This document shows, in pieces, positions 1 to 8,320 of a DNA stretch of 35,296 nt. Location: assembly GCA_002502295.1 (NCBI GenBank), contig DANX01000042.1, forward strand, positions 6,721 through 42,016. The letters are read 5' to 3'. The position numbers were made by a program, and so were the translations under genes. Source of the DNA: Euryarchaeota archaeon UBA561. Lineage in GTDB: Archaea; Thermoplasmatota; Poseidoniia; Poseidoniales; Poseidoniaceae. The stretch's first letter is position 1. Each line of letters starts with the position of its first letter. The notes under the pieces were generated by a model. It was not told the origin of the DNA and searched no databases. It saw nothing but the letters and a program-made list of their open reading frames with translations.

Positions 1-2
1 CC

Positions 3-575
3 CCGAATTGGACGTACTTTGAGGGCAAGGTCGAAGTTGAACGGTTGTTGAAAGAATCCGGCCTCTCATACGCCATTCTGCGCCCAACGGTTCTCTTCGG
101 TGGGCATCGAAATGTTCTCATCAACAACATCGCTTGGATGCTCCGCCGGTTCCCTGTATTCGGTGTGTTTGGTTTTGGCAATTATCCCATTCAACCGGTT
201 CATGTCGAAGACGTTGCTGAGGTGGCCATCGCTCAGGGAAAGTCCAGAGAAAACACCGTGGTGGACGTGACCGGCCCCGAAACATTTCGCTACAAGGATT
301 ACATTCGTCATATGGTGAAAGCCATGGGATTGAGGCGGCTCATCCTTCCCATCCCCCCTCTAGCAGGATGGTTGTTTGGAAGGGCCTTGGGTGTGTTTTT
401 GCAAGACGATGTTATCACGCGCGCCGAGATAAAGGGCTTACGCCAAGGGTTGATGGCTTCGTCGGCTCCACCTGTGGGAACGCGCTTGTATTCGGAGTGG
501 ATTGCCGAGCACGGGGCCTCATTTGGCAAACGCTATCAAAACGATTTGAAAGAGCGGCGCTACAAAGCACCCTGA
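3..575 (+). CDS. NAD(P)-dependent epimerase/dehydratase (NDUFA9-like atypical SDR), 5'-truncated by window
   Basis: Frame is open from base 3 (PNWTYFEGKVEVERLLKESG...). YxxxK, 'ILRPTVLFG', 'QPVHVEDVA' and 'DVTGPE' are typical of the C-terminal half of this family. Confidence 0.8.
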   Translation, partial: PNWTYFEGKVEVERLLKESGLSYAILRPTVLFGGHRNVLINNIAWMLRRFPVFGVFGFGNYPIQPVHVEDVAEVAIAQGKSRENTVVDVTGPETFRYKDYIRHMVKAMGLRRLILPIPPLAGWLFGRALGVFLQDDVITRAEIKGLRQGLMASSAPPVGTRLYSEWIAEHGASFGKRYQNDLKERRYKAP

Positions 576-1028
576 TCAAAGGTTGAGCGCAGCGGGTTTG
601 ACCCCAGAGGAGAAGCGTTGAACAGACCCGTCCTCGGCAACAATGAATTTTTCGAAGTTCCAACGAATATCACCGTCATGGCCACTCGCATCGGCTGTTT
701 GACAGAGGGTTGCGTAGAGTGGAAGGCGGTTTTCTCCGTTTACATCTCCTTTTGCCATAAGGGGGAAGGTCACGTTGTAGGTTGAGGAAGTAAATTCACA
801 GATTTCATCGTGCGTTCCCGGTTCTTGCCGGCCAAATTGGTTGCAAGGAAAGCCGACAACCGTCAGATCCTCGTGTTCCTCGTGAAGAGCTTGAAGACCA
901 GCATACTGGGGCGTAGCACCGCATGCACTCGCCACGTTCACGACCAACCAACGGCTGCCGCCGAGGGCTCGAAGTGTGGTTTGTTCGCCGTCCATGGTTG
1001 CAAAAGGGATGTCAAGTGGATTGCCCAT
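576..1028 (-). CDS. Glutathione peroxidase family protein (Cys-type)
   Basis: Motifs VNVASACG, GFPCNQFG and WNFEKF. The catalytic codon is TGC. Confidence 0.95.
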   Translation of the reverse strand: MGNPLDIPFATMDGEQTTLRALGGSRWLVVNVASACGATPQYAGLQALHEEHEDLTVVGFPCNQFGRQEPGTHDEICEFTSSTYNVTFPLMAKGDVNGENRLPLYATLCQTADASGHDGDIRWNFEKFIVAEDGSVQRFSSGVKPAALNL

Positions 1029-1116
1029 GGTTTATTTTTGACACCCATTAATTATCAAGGTGTGGTTCTTCTCACCGCAGGCAAATCCTCTTGAAGTGCC
1101 GCTCGGTGGTTGGACC

Positions 1117-1599
1117 ATGCAAGTTCTCATGGAAACCAGCGCAGGCAACATCACCATCGACCTCTTTCACGGCAGTGCCCCCGACACCGTCGCCAATTTC
1201 GTTAAACTCGTCGAGATGGGGCACTACAATGGGTTGCATTTCCACCGTGTGATTGAAAATTTCATGATTCAAGGCGGATGTCCGCACTCCAAGGACCCCA
1301 TGTCTCGACGAGCCGGCACCGGTGGACCAGGTTGGCAAATCCCTTGCGAACCGTCTGCCCTTGCTCTCAAGCACGACAAGCCAGGCGTTCTTTCGATGGC
1401 CAACGCTGGCCGAAACACCGGCGGCTCGCAATTTTTCCTTACCACCGTCGCCACGCCTTGGCTCAACGGCAACCATGCAGTCTTCGGCGCCGTAAGCGAA
1501 GGCATGGACGTTGTTCAAGCGATTGAACTCTGCCAGAAACTACCAGGTGACCGCCCCGCTCAGCCCCAGCAAATCATCCGCTGCACCGTTCTTGAGTGA
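1117..1599 (+). CDS. Cyclophilin-type peptidyl-prolyl cis-trans isomerase
   Basis: FHRVIENFMIQGG, LSMANAG, GSQFF, WLNGNHAVFG. Start set at ATG 1117. Confidence 0.95.
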   Translation: MQVLMETSAGNITIDLFHGSAPDTVANFVKLVEMGHYNGLHFHRVIENFMIQGGCPHSKDPMSRRAGTGGPGWQIPCEPSALALKHDKPGVLSMANAGRNTGGSQFFLTTVATPWLNGNHAVFGAVSEGMDVVQAIELCQKLPGDRPAQPQQIIRCTVLE

Positions 1600-2572
1600 T
1601 CCTTCGTCGGAGGGTGAAGGTTTGGTTGTCCTCGCCGTGCACGGAGGTGCAGGTGGCGATGGCCCATGGCGTGGCATGACCGATGCCGACCCTCAGCGCA
1701 TCGCCTGCATGCAAACGCTCCTGACCGATCTCGGGGCTCAACTCGCTTCAGGTGAACTCACGGCTACAGAAGCCGTCACCTTGGCGGTCGAAACCATGGA
1801 AGACGAGCCGCTGTTCAACGCTGGAAAGGGTTCGGTGTTGGACGAACATTGTGAGGTGAGCATGGATGCCAGTATCATGCGAGGTAGCGATCAAGCGGCT
1901 GGAGCAGTGATTGGTATGAAATCAACACGGCACCCAGTACGGGCGGCGAATCGTCTCTTGGTAAGAGGTTGGCCCGTAATGTTAACCGGTTCAGCAGCCG
2001 ACCGATTCGCAAAGCAAGAAGGTCTTGAACAGGTGGATTTGCCGTGGCTCAAAACGGACTTGCGCCTTGCGCAGTGGTCCAAGTGGAAGAATCACCGACT
2101 CCGTCCTGGAGCAACCGACGAGGAAGATGCGCTGCTTGACCACGACGGGGACGATGACGGCTGGGGCACGGTTGGGGCGGTCGCTATGGACACCGATGGA
2201 AACCTTGCAGCGGCCACGTCAACCGGGGGCATGACTGGAAAACCGGTCGGCCGTGTCGGCGATACAGGCATCATCGGAGCGGGCACGTGGGCCGACAACA
2301 CCATCGCCGTCTCTTGTACCGGTGTTGGCGAGGCCTTCATTCGAACAGCAGCGGCCCATTCGATGGCCGTTCACCATCAAACGCTCTCCTTGATTCAGGC
2401 AGCGGAACGTGTGTTGGAGGACGTGAAACCGTTTGAGGGGCGCGGGGGACTGATCGCGCTTAACGCCCAAGGAGAGGTAGTGATGCCGTTTCAGACGATG
2501 CTGATGTATCGGGGCGTGTATCAAGGTGGTGAAACTCAGGTTGGTATTGGACCTGAGTTCATTCAATCATAA
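1592..2572 (+). CDS. iaaA: Isoaspartyl peptidase/L-asparaginase (Ntn hydrolase, asparaginase-2 family)
   Basis: VHGGAG, FNAGKG, MDASIM, autocleavage G-TVGAVA, ATSTGG, GRVGD, SCTGVGE. Start is uncertain (TTG 1592 overlaps the upstream stop). Confidence 0.9.
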   Translation: MSDPSSEGEGLVVLAVHGGAGGDGPWRGMTDADPQRIACMQTLLTDLGAQLASGELTATEAVTLAVETMEDEPLFNAGKGSVLDEHCEVSMDASIMRGSDQAAGAVIGMKSTRHPVRAANRLLVRGWPVMLTGSAADRFAKQEGLEQVDLPWLKTDLRLAQWSKWKNHRLRPGATDEEDALLDHDGDDDGWGTVGAVAMDTDGNLAAATSTGGMTGKPVGRVGDTGIIGAGTWADNTIAVSCTGVGEAFIRTAAAHSMAVHHQTLSLIQAAERVLEDVKPFEGRGGLIALNAQGEVVMPFQTMLMYRGVYQGGETQVGIGPEFIQS

Positions 2573-2607
2573 ACGCCCCTAAGTTCATGACCCGTTGAGC
2601 AAACGGG

Positions 2608-3789
2608 ATGCTTGTGCCCGTGGATGCAGAAGAAGCTTTGCGCAGGGCAACGCTGATTCGTAGCGACCCATCGCTCAAGGGCGTTACTCGTCGCAACGCA
2701 GCCAACGACGGTGATGAAATTCAGTGGGAGTACCGCGCACCTGACGGTGAACTCGTTTTGGAAGATGACATCGTTGAACGCTGGAACAAGATGGGCCTAC
2801 CACCCGCGTGGGAGGACGTCTGGATCTGTCCGAATCCGAGAGGGCACATCCAAGCGACTGGAAGGGACATCAAAGGCCGTCTGCAATACCGATACCATGC
2901 GGATTGGACCGAAATCACGACCGAAATGAAGTACGACGATGTGGTGTATTTTGCCTCACAACTCCCACGACTTCGACGCCAGGTTGCCCGAGACCTCGAA
3001 GCAGGAAGCATGAACCTCAACACGGTTGCTGCGCTGGTTGTTCGGTTGATTGACCTCTACAACATTCGCGTTGGTTCGGATGAATATGCCAAAGCCAACG
3101 AATCCTACGGGCTAACCACCCTGAAATCCATGCACGTTAAACACATCAAAGGAGACGAGGCCGAAGGCCGTCATGATGCAGTGTTCTCATTCACTGGAAA
3201 ATCCGGCAAAGATTGGGACATCACCATCAAGGACGATTACCTCGTTGACCTCATTCTGAAAACCAATCGCCTAGGGGCCAAAAACGCTGATTTGTTCATG
3301 TACATTTCAGAGGCTGGAAACGAAGTCGACCTCAAAGCAGAGCACATCAATCAATACATTCGTGAAGCAAGCGGCATGGGATTTACAGCCAAAAATTTCC
3401 GAACATGGGCCGCAACATACCGCTGTGCGGAACGGCTGGCTTTTCTTACCTTACCTCGAACAGCGCACGACATGAAGAAGTGGATGAAATCCATGCCCAA
3501 GGTTGACTCGATGGACAAACTGTGGAACAAAGGGGATTGGACCCCTCCGACAAGCGATGCGGGCAAGAACAAGGCCATGCTCGCGGTGATCGATACCGTC
3601 GCTGCAAACCTTGGAAACACGAGGGCCGTTTGCCGTTCATCCTACATTCATCCTTGGTTCTTGGATGCCTACATCGAAGGACGGCTGTCCGAAAAATGGG
3701 CTGAATTTGACGACATGCGCGCTATGGGCAACATGACTGGTGGAGAGAGCACCACCCTTCGTGTTCTGAAATCGGTCATCAGGGGTTGA
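2608..3789 (+). CDS. DNA topoisomerase IB, compact bacterial/poxvirus-like type
   Basis: PPAWxDVWIC, GHIQATGRDxKGRxQYRYH, IRVG, YGLTTL, GKSG, TAKNFRTW, LGNT...SYI. Catalytic R-K-R-N-Y pentad is present. Confidence 0.92.
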   Translation: MLVPVDAEEALRRATLIRSDPSLKGVTRRNAANDGDEIQWEYRAPDGELVLEDDIVERWNKMGLPPAWEDVWICPNPRGHIQATGRDIKGRLQYRYHADWTEITTEMKYDDVVYFASQLPRLRRQVARDLEAGSMNLNTVAALVVRLIDLYNIRVGSDEYAKANESYGLTTLKSMHVKHIKGDEAEGRHDAVFSFTGKSGKDWDITIKDDYLVDLILKTNRLGAKNADLFMYISEAGNEVDLKAEHINQYIREASGMGFTAKNFRTWAATYRCAERLAFLTLPRTAHDMKKWMKSMPKVDSMDKLWNKGDWTPPTSDAGKNKAMLAVIDTVAANLGNTRAVCRSSYIHPWFLDAYIEGRLSEKWAEFDDMRAMGNMTGGESTTLRVLKSVIRG

Positions 3790-3796
3790 GCTCCGA

Positions 3797-3865
3797 CCTT
3801 CATCGCCGAGGCTCCTCGTTCAACGGCTCCGATTTATTTATTAAACGCCGATGAAGGGTTTTTTT
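3797..3865. promoter_or_regulatory. Putative fumarase promoter: TATA-like TTTATTTATTAAA (3833-3845) bracketed by an 11/12 inverted repeat (3797-3808 / 3846-3857)
   Basis: CCTTCATCGCCG ... CGCCGATGAAGG. The AT-rich box lies about 25-30 nt upstream of ATG 3867, and a T7 run follows at 3859-3865. Confidence 0.5.
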
Positions 3866-3866
3866 C

Positions 3867-5462
3867 ATGGCAAAACACCGGGCGGGCGACCGTCGAATTA
3901 TGAGCATCAGCATCCCAGAAGACCTGGCAAAGAAATTGGATCGAAAGGTCGGCAAAGGTCGTGCGAACGGCCGTTCCGCCACCATCGCTCGGTTGATTCA
4001 GCAGGGGCTTGAAACGAACGTCCCAGCAGCCGCTGCACCGCCTTCAACATCCTTGCAAGCCGAGGCTCCCGTGGGAGAGGTGCGTATTGAATCCGACACC
4101 ATGGGTGAACTTGAGGTCCCCTCCGACCGATACTTCGGCTGCCAAACTGCACGCTCCCTTCTCAACTTTGACATAGCCAACGACACGATGCCACTGGGCG
4201 TTATCCGAGCCTTTGGGGTGTTGAAGCAGGCTGCCGCAAAAACAAATGTCGCGCTCAAGCAGCTTGACCCAGAAATCGGCGACCTCATTGTTGCTGCATC
4301 ACAAGAAGTGCTTGACGGGCATCTGAACGACCACTTTCCGCTCCGGGTTTGGCAGACTGGAAGCGGTACTCAATCGAACATGAACACCAACGAAGTCATC
4401 GCCAACCGGGCCATTGAAATCGCTGGTGGAACCTTGGGTTCCAAATCGCCCGTTCATCCCAACGATCACGTAAACCGAGCCCAGTCGTCCAACGACACCT
4501 TTCCAACGGCCATGCACATCGCCGCTGCCGAAGCCTTCACTCATCGCTTGTTGCCCAGCGTTCGGGCGCTTCGAGACGCCCTGCACGCCAAAGCGAATCA
4601 GTGGCAAGGCATCGTGAAGATTGGAAGAACGCACCTCATGGACGCCGTGCCGCTGACGTTGGGTCAGGAGGCTTCGGGTTGGGTCGCTCAACTCGACGCC
4701 GATCTTCGAAGGCTCGACTTTGCTCTGGATGATTTGTTCGAATTGGCTCTCGGCGGCACGGCCGTTGGTACCGGACTCAACGCTCACCCGCTCTTTGCTC
4801 AGATGGTGGCGGACGAGATTGCCAACATCACGGGACTTACCTTTTGTTCAGCCGAAAACAAGTTTGCTCAATTGGCGGCCCACGATGCCATCGTGGCGGC
4901 CTCAGGGGCCCTCAACACCCTCGCTGCATCGTTGATGAAGATCGCCAACGACATACGCTGGTTGGGCTCTGGTCCACGTTGTGGATTGGGTGAATTATCG
5001 CTCCCAGCGAATGAGCCCGGTTCCTCCATCATGCCAGGGAAGGTCAATCCGACTCAATCCGAGGCCATGACCATGGTGTGCTGCCAAGTCATGGGCAACC
5101 ATACCGCCATCACCATCGGCGGGAGCCAAGGCAACTTCGAATTGAACGTGTTCAAGCCGATGATGATTCACAATTTCATGCATTCTGTGGATTTGCTCAC
5201 GGATGCTTGCCGAACGTTCCGAACCCGCTGTGTCGAAGGCCTCGTAGCCGTTGAAGACAACATTCAATCCCATCTGGAAAATTCCCTCATGTTGGTCACG
5301 GCCCTCAACAACCACATCGGCTATGATAAGGCGGCGAAGATCGCCAAAAATGCGCACGAAAAAGGCACGACGTTGCGGGAATCAGCTCTGGAGCTTGGCT
5401 ATTTGACCAACGACGAGTTCAACGATTGGGTCAAACCGGAGGACATGATTGGACCCTCTTGA
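3867..5462 (+). CDS. fumC: Class II fumarate hydratase with N-terminal RHH-like DNA-binding domain
   Basis: FumC core from about aa 72: [52 protein letters not shown]. About aa 9-49 fit the RHH pattern, followed by a Pro/Ala linker. Confidence 0.93.
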   Translation: MAKHRAGDRRIMSISIPEDLAKKLDRKVGKGRANGRSATIARLIQQGLETNVPAAAAPPSTSLQAEAPVGEVRIESDTMGELEVPSDRYFGCQTARSLLNFDIANDTMPLGVIRAFGVLKQAAAKTNVALKQLDPEIGDLIVAASQEVLDGHLNDHFPLRVWQTGSGTQSNMNTNEVIANRAIEIAGGTLGSKSPVHPNDHVNRAQSSNDTFPTAMHIAAAEAFTHRLLPSVRALRDALHAKANQWQGIVKIGRTHLMDAVPLTLGQEASGWVAQLDADLRRLDFALDDLFELALGGTAVGTGLNAHPLFAQMVADEIANITGLTFCSAENKFAQLAAHDAIVAASGALNTLAASLMKIANDIRWLGSGPRCGLGELSLPANEPGSSIMPGKVNPTQSEAMTMVCCQVMGNHTAITIGGSQGNFELNVFKPMMIHNFMHSVDLLTDACRTFRTRCVEGLVAVEDNIQSHLENSLMLVTALNNHIGYDKAAKIAKNAHEKGTTLRESALELGYLTNDEFNDWVKPEDMIGPS

Positions 5463-5521
5463 ACGGGCACGGTTTCGCTCAGAAAGTTAGAAACGATACG
5501 TTGAACGGCATCAAGCGCCGT

Positions 5522-5560
5522 AAGTGATTTCAAAGTGATATCACGGCAATATCTTTATGT
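5522..5560. promoter_or_regulatory. Operator-like tandem AAGTGATTTCA/AAGTGATATCA upstream of a TATA-like CTTTATGT
   Basis: Two adjacent 11-bp copies with 1 mismatch (5522-5532, 5533-5543). Perfect palindrome GTGATATCAC at 5535-5544. Lies upstream of an operon encoding an Arc-like RHH protein. Confidence 0.6.
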
Positions 5561-5582
5561 CGAGGCTTTAGCACGGGTACAT

Positions 5583-6503
5583 ATGCAGTCCATCGTTCCA
5601 GTTCAAGCCAATCAGCCGCGTCAGCGATTCAAAGACACGCCTATCCCGTCGATCAATGGATTCATCGGACTGGGAATCCATGCCGCCCTCAGCATCGTTC
5701 TCCTGTTCGGCCAGATTCTCTGGGCCTTTGCATGGCCCATCGCGATCCTCCTGAACGTGGGTGGAGGTATTCTTTGGTTTCTCATGTGGAACAGTTATGT
5801 CATCATCAACCCAAACGAGGCGGTCGTAACCCAATTCTTTGGAAAGTATGTTGGCACCCTCAAGCAAGAAGGGTTCCGATTTTTCATCAACCCGCTCTAC
5901 GGGAAGTCCCGTATCTCGCTGCGGATTAACAATTTTGAATCGAGTAAATTGAAGGTCAATGACGTCAATGCAAACCCGATCAACATTGCTGCAGTGGTTG
6001 TTTGGCGTGTTTACGATGCCGCTGAAGCAATGTTTGAGGTTGAGCAATACAGGCATTACGTGCAAATCCAGAGCGAGGCCGCCCTGCGCGAGATGGCAAC
6101 AAAGTACCCTTACGACGCCATTGAGGAAAAGGACATCGGCGGCATCACGCTTTCCGGTCACCAAGACATCATTGCCAAACAACTCCAAGCATCGGTTGAA
6201 GCGCGCTTGTCGCAGGCAGGCATCGCCGTTCTTGAAGCGAGAATCAGTTATCTTGCATACTCGACCGAAATTGCTCAAGCCATGCTCCGCCGTCAACAGG
6301 CAAGTGCTGTTGTCGCTGCGCGACGCGAAATCGTTGATGGGGCTGTCGGCATGGTGGAGTTGGCGCTGGAACAACTCAGTGCAAAGCAGATCATTGACTT
6401 GGACGAAGAAAAGAAGGCGACGATGGTGAGTAACCTCCTCGTCGTTTTGTGTTCAGAAACAGACACGACTCCTGTGGTAAACACGGGCACGTTGTACCAG
6501 TGA
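5583..6503 (+). CDS. SPFH (band 7/stomatin-like) membrane protein
   Basis: Two N-terminal TM segments, then PNEAVV..FFGKY.GT, LKVND..NPI.IAAVVVW, QSEAALR and EARISYLAY..EIAQAMLRRQQA. Start set at ATG 5583. Confidence 0.9.
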   Translation: MQSIVPVQANQPRQRFKDTPIPSINGFIGLGIHAALSIVLLFGQILWAFAWPIAILLNVGGGILWFLMWNSYVIINPNEAVVTQFFGKYVGTLKQEGFRFFINPLYGKSRISLRINNFESSKLKVNDVNANPINIAAVVVWRVYDAAEAMFEVEQYRHYVQIQSEAALREMATKYPYDAIEEKDIGGITLSGHQDIIAKQLQASVEARLSQAGIAVLEARISYLAYSTEIAQAMLRRQQASAVVAARREIVDGAVGMVELALEQLSAKQIIDLDEEKKATMVSNLLVVLCSETDTTPVVNTGTLYQ

Positions 6504-6525
6504 GACAAGAAGGAGGGGTGAATCC

Positions 6526-6735
6526 ATGGGAGAAAGTTCGGGACGAAACCAAAACAAAGATGGCATGCCAGGGGGGCGAAAAAAGATGGAAAAGAAACGT
6601 ATACTCTTGAGAATTGACCCTGCACTTCACAACGATTTGCGAATGTGGGCAGAAGACGATTTCCGATCCATCAATGCACAAATCGAATTCCTGCTAAAGC
6701 AAGCAGTCGCCAAGCAAAGGCGCAATGAGATTTGA
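6526..6735 (+). CDS. Arc-family ribbon-helix-helix DNA-binding protein
   Basis: KKRILLRIDPALHNDLRMWAEDDFRSINAQIEFLL is an Arc-like strand-helix-'RSxN'-helix. GGAGG precedes the start, though the true start may be a later ATG. Confidence 0.85.
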   Translation: MGESSGRNQNKDGMPGGRKKMEKKRILLRIDPALHNDLRMWAEDDFRSINAQIEFLLKQAVAKQRRNEI

Positions 6736-6755
6736 GGAACAGATCACAGGAGGAC

Positions 6756-7540
6756 GATGAAGATGGGACTCATGGACAAACTGAATTCAGTCGATCAGAG
6801 TTCACCAAACCACTCAGAGGAGAAGCACCTCGATGACATTCTTGACCGAGCAGAGTCCCTGATGGCTGCGATCGAAGCGGAAGGAGCTCCTTCGGGGGTC
6901 CATCTTGCGTACGAGTTGGAGTACCAGCGTGGGGGAAGGAACATTGTTGAATCCGGCTTTTGGGGATTGTTAGGCCTCATGTTCATTGGCGTTCCTGTGG
7001 GAATGATTGCCATGATGTTGCTGGCTTTTCTCTCGAATCCATCAGGAATCACACCTCTGGGATTGATTTGCCTGCCTCTGTTAGGAGTGGGGGCATTTGC
7101 TTTCGCCTCAATGGGCAAGGACATCGTCAGTGAACCCGTTCGGAACCTTACCGACCCTGACCCCGTAGAACACGTGGTTGAACGTACCTGGCTCGATCCT
7201 GGTAATCGTTTTGTTGCAGTCTATCTTCATGCAACAGATGATGAGAGCGGCATCGAATACAAACCCGAAATTGTTACTGCATTTTTCCTTGGGGAAAACA
7301 GCTATGTTTCCGTGGGGACTCAACATCCACACGGTGGAGCAGACCACGTTGACCCAGGCCGCGAGATTGTAGCCATTTATGCAATGACCAAGATTACCGA
7401 TTACCATAGTGCACACACAATTACATTCGCGTATGGCCAACGACTCAAGGCGGATGAACTCGGCAAAACAATCAGCGATGTCATGGGCATTCGACTGAAA
7501 AATTAACCAAAAGAGGGATGAAGATGGGACTCATGGACAA
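6756..7540 (+). repeat. 24-bp exact direct repeat GATGAAGATGGGACTCATGGACAA at 6756-6779 and 7517-7540
   Basis: Read directly from the sequence. It covers the start codons of both paralogs. Confidence 0.9.
6757..7506 (+). CDS. Uncharacterised 2-TM membrane protein (paralog A)
   Basis: AGGAGG upstream of ATG, two hydrophobic segments, and motifs shared with the next ORF. Confidence 0.75.
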   Translation: MKMGLMDKLNSVDQSSPNHSEEKHLDDILDRAESLMAAIEAEGAPSGVHLAYELEYQRGGRNIVESGFWGLLGLMFIGVPVGMIAMMLLAFLSNPSGITPLGLICLPLLGVGAFAFASMGKDIVSEPVRNLTDPDPVEHVVERTWLDPGNRFVAVYLHATDDESGIEYKPEIVTAFFLGENSYVSVGTQHPHGGADHVDPGREIVAIYAMTKITDYHSAHTITFAYGQRLKADELGKTISDVMGIRLKN

Positions 7541-8312
7541 GCTCAACAACGACGCAAACTTAACCCGTTCCAGTCAACCAATGAAACAACGAAAAGAGGA
7601 CGAGGGAAGAGGGCAGCGTCTCTTGGATTCAATCGAGGAACATGGCGTGCCCGACAACGTCATTCTCCTGACTGAAAACGCCTACAAGCGAGGAGGAAGG
7701 CAGATTGGGGCTTCCCTGGTTGGCGCAGTTTTTGGTTCGATGTTCTTCTTGTTGCCGATTGGTCTGATGATTGTGTCGGTGTTTGGAGGGGCACCCTTCA
7801 TCATCCCCTGTATCGGTGTAGTCGGTATCCCATTCTTTTGGTTTGGTTCTCGACTGGCAGGGCCAGCGTTTCAAAATCTAACCAATCCCGATCCCCCCGA
7901 AGATGTTGTCGAGATGCTGTGGTATGATTCAAGGCACCGATTCCTTGCAGGCATTGAACACACTTCTGATGCAGAAACTGGCCAAGAATACTACCCTGAA
8001 TTGTCGTATGGAATTTATCTCAAAGACGGTGATGAGATTGCGATTTTATACGACACCCCAAGTGAAGGCGGAATGACGAGCGGCGACCGGCGTGTGTGCT
8101 TATGGGACCCCCAGAGCGAACTGGAAAGCTACGTCGTGCTAAATCTGCAGTGGTTTGGATACCACGATGAAGAGAAGGCCCGAGATCGAGCAAGATTCTT
8201 TGCCCGTAAGTTGAGGCTTCGATTTGAGCACGAAGAGAATGAGATTACTGGATGGAACATGGAAGTCGTGAATCCAGGCGGTGGGTTCCTCATCACCAGA
8301 GGCAGCCCTTGA
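7518..8312 (+). CDS. Uncharacterised 2-TM membrane protein (paralog B)
   Basis: Shares MKMGLMDKLN, YxRGGRxI, NLTxPDPxExVVE..WxD and GxEYxPE with paralog A. Confidence 0.75.
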   Translation: MKMGLMDKLNNDANLTRSSQPMKQRKEDEGRGQRLLDSIEEHGVPDNVILLTENAYKRGGRQIGASLVGAVFGSMFFLLPIGLMIVSVFGGAPFIIPCIGVVGIPFFWFGSRLAGPAFQNLTNPDPPEDVVEMLWYDSRHRFLAGIEHTSDAETGQEYYPELSYGIYLKDGDEIAILYDTPSEGGMTSGDRRVCLWDPQSELESYVVLNLQWFGYHDEEKARDRARFFARKLRLRFEHEENEITGWNMEVVNPGGGFLITRGSP

Positions 8313-8320
8313 CAGTGCCT

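Noticed and set aside
576-1028. Possible selenocysteine glutathione peroxidase
   Set aside because: The active-site codon is TGC (Cys) and there is no in-frame TGA.
2608-3789. Tyrosine integrase marking a provirus or island
   Set aside because: TopIB-specific motifs (PPAW, GRDxKGRxQY, YGLTTL) are present, and I saw no att repeats, tRNA or viral genes.
3867-5462. Aspartase rather than fumarase, given the nearby asparaginase
   Set aside because: [11 protein letters not shown] and [11 protein letters not shown] are FumC-type, although the [11 protein letters not shown] signature is shared.
3817-5508. CGTT(C/G)AACGG on both sides of fumC as a possible target-site duplication or shared operator
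   Set aside because: It is short, and CGTTGAACG also occurs inside coding regions (near 2772 and 17166). No mobile element is present.
5568-6374. 268-aa antisense ORF
   Set aside because: It lies wholly opposite the well-supported SPFH gene and has no motifs, so it is a codon-bias shadow.
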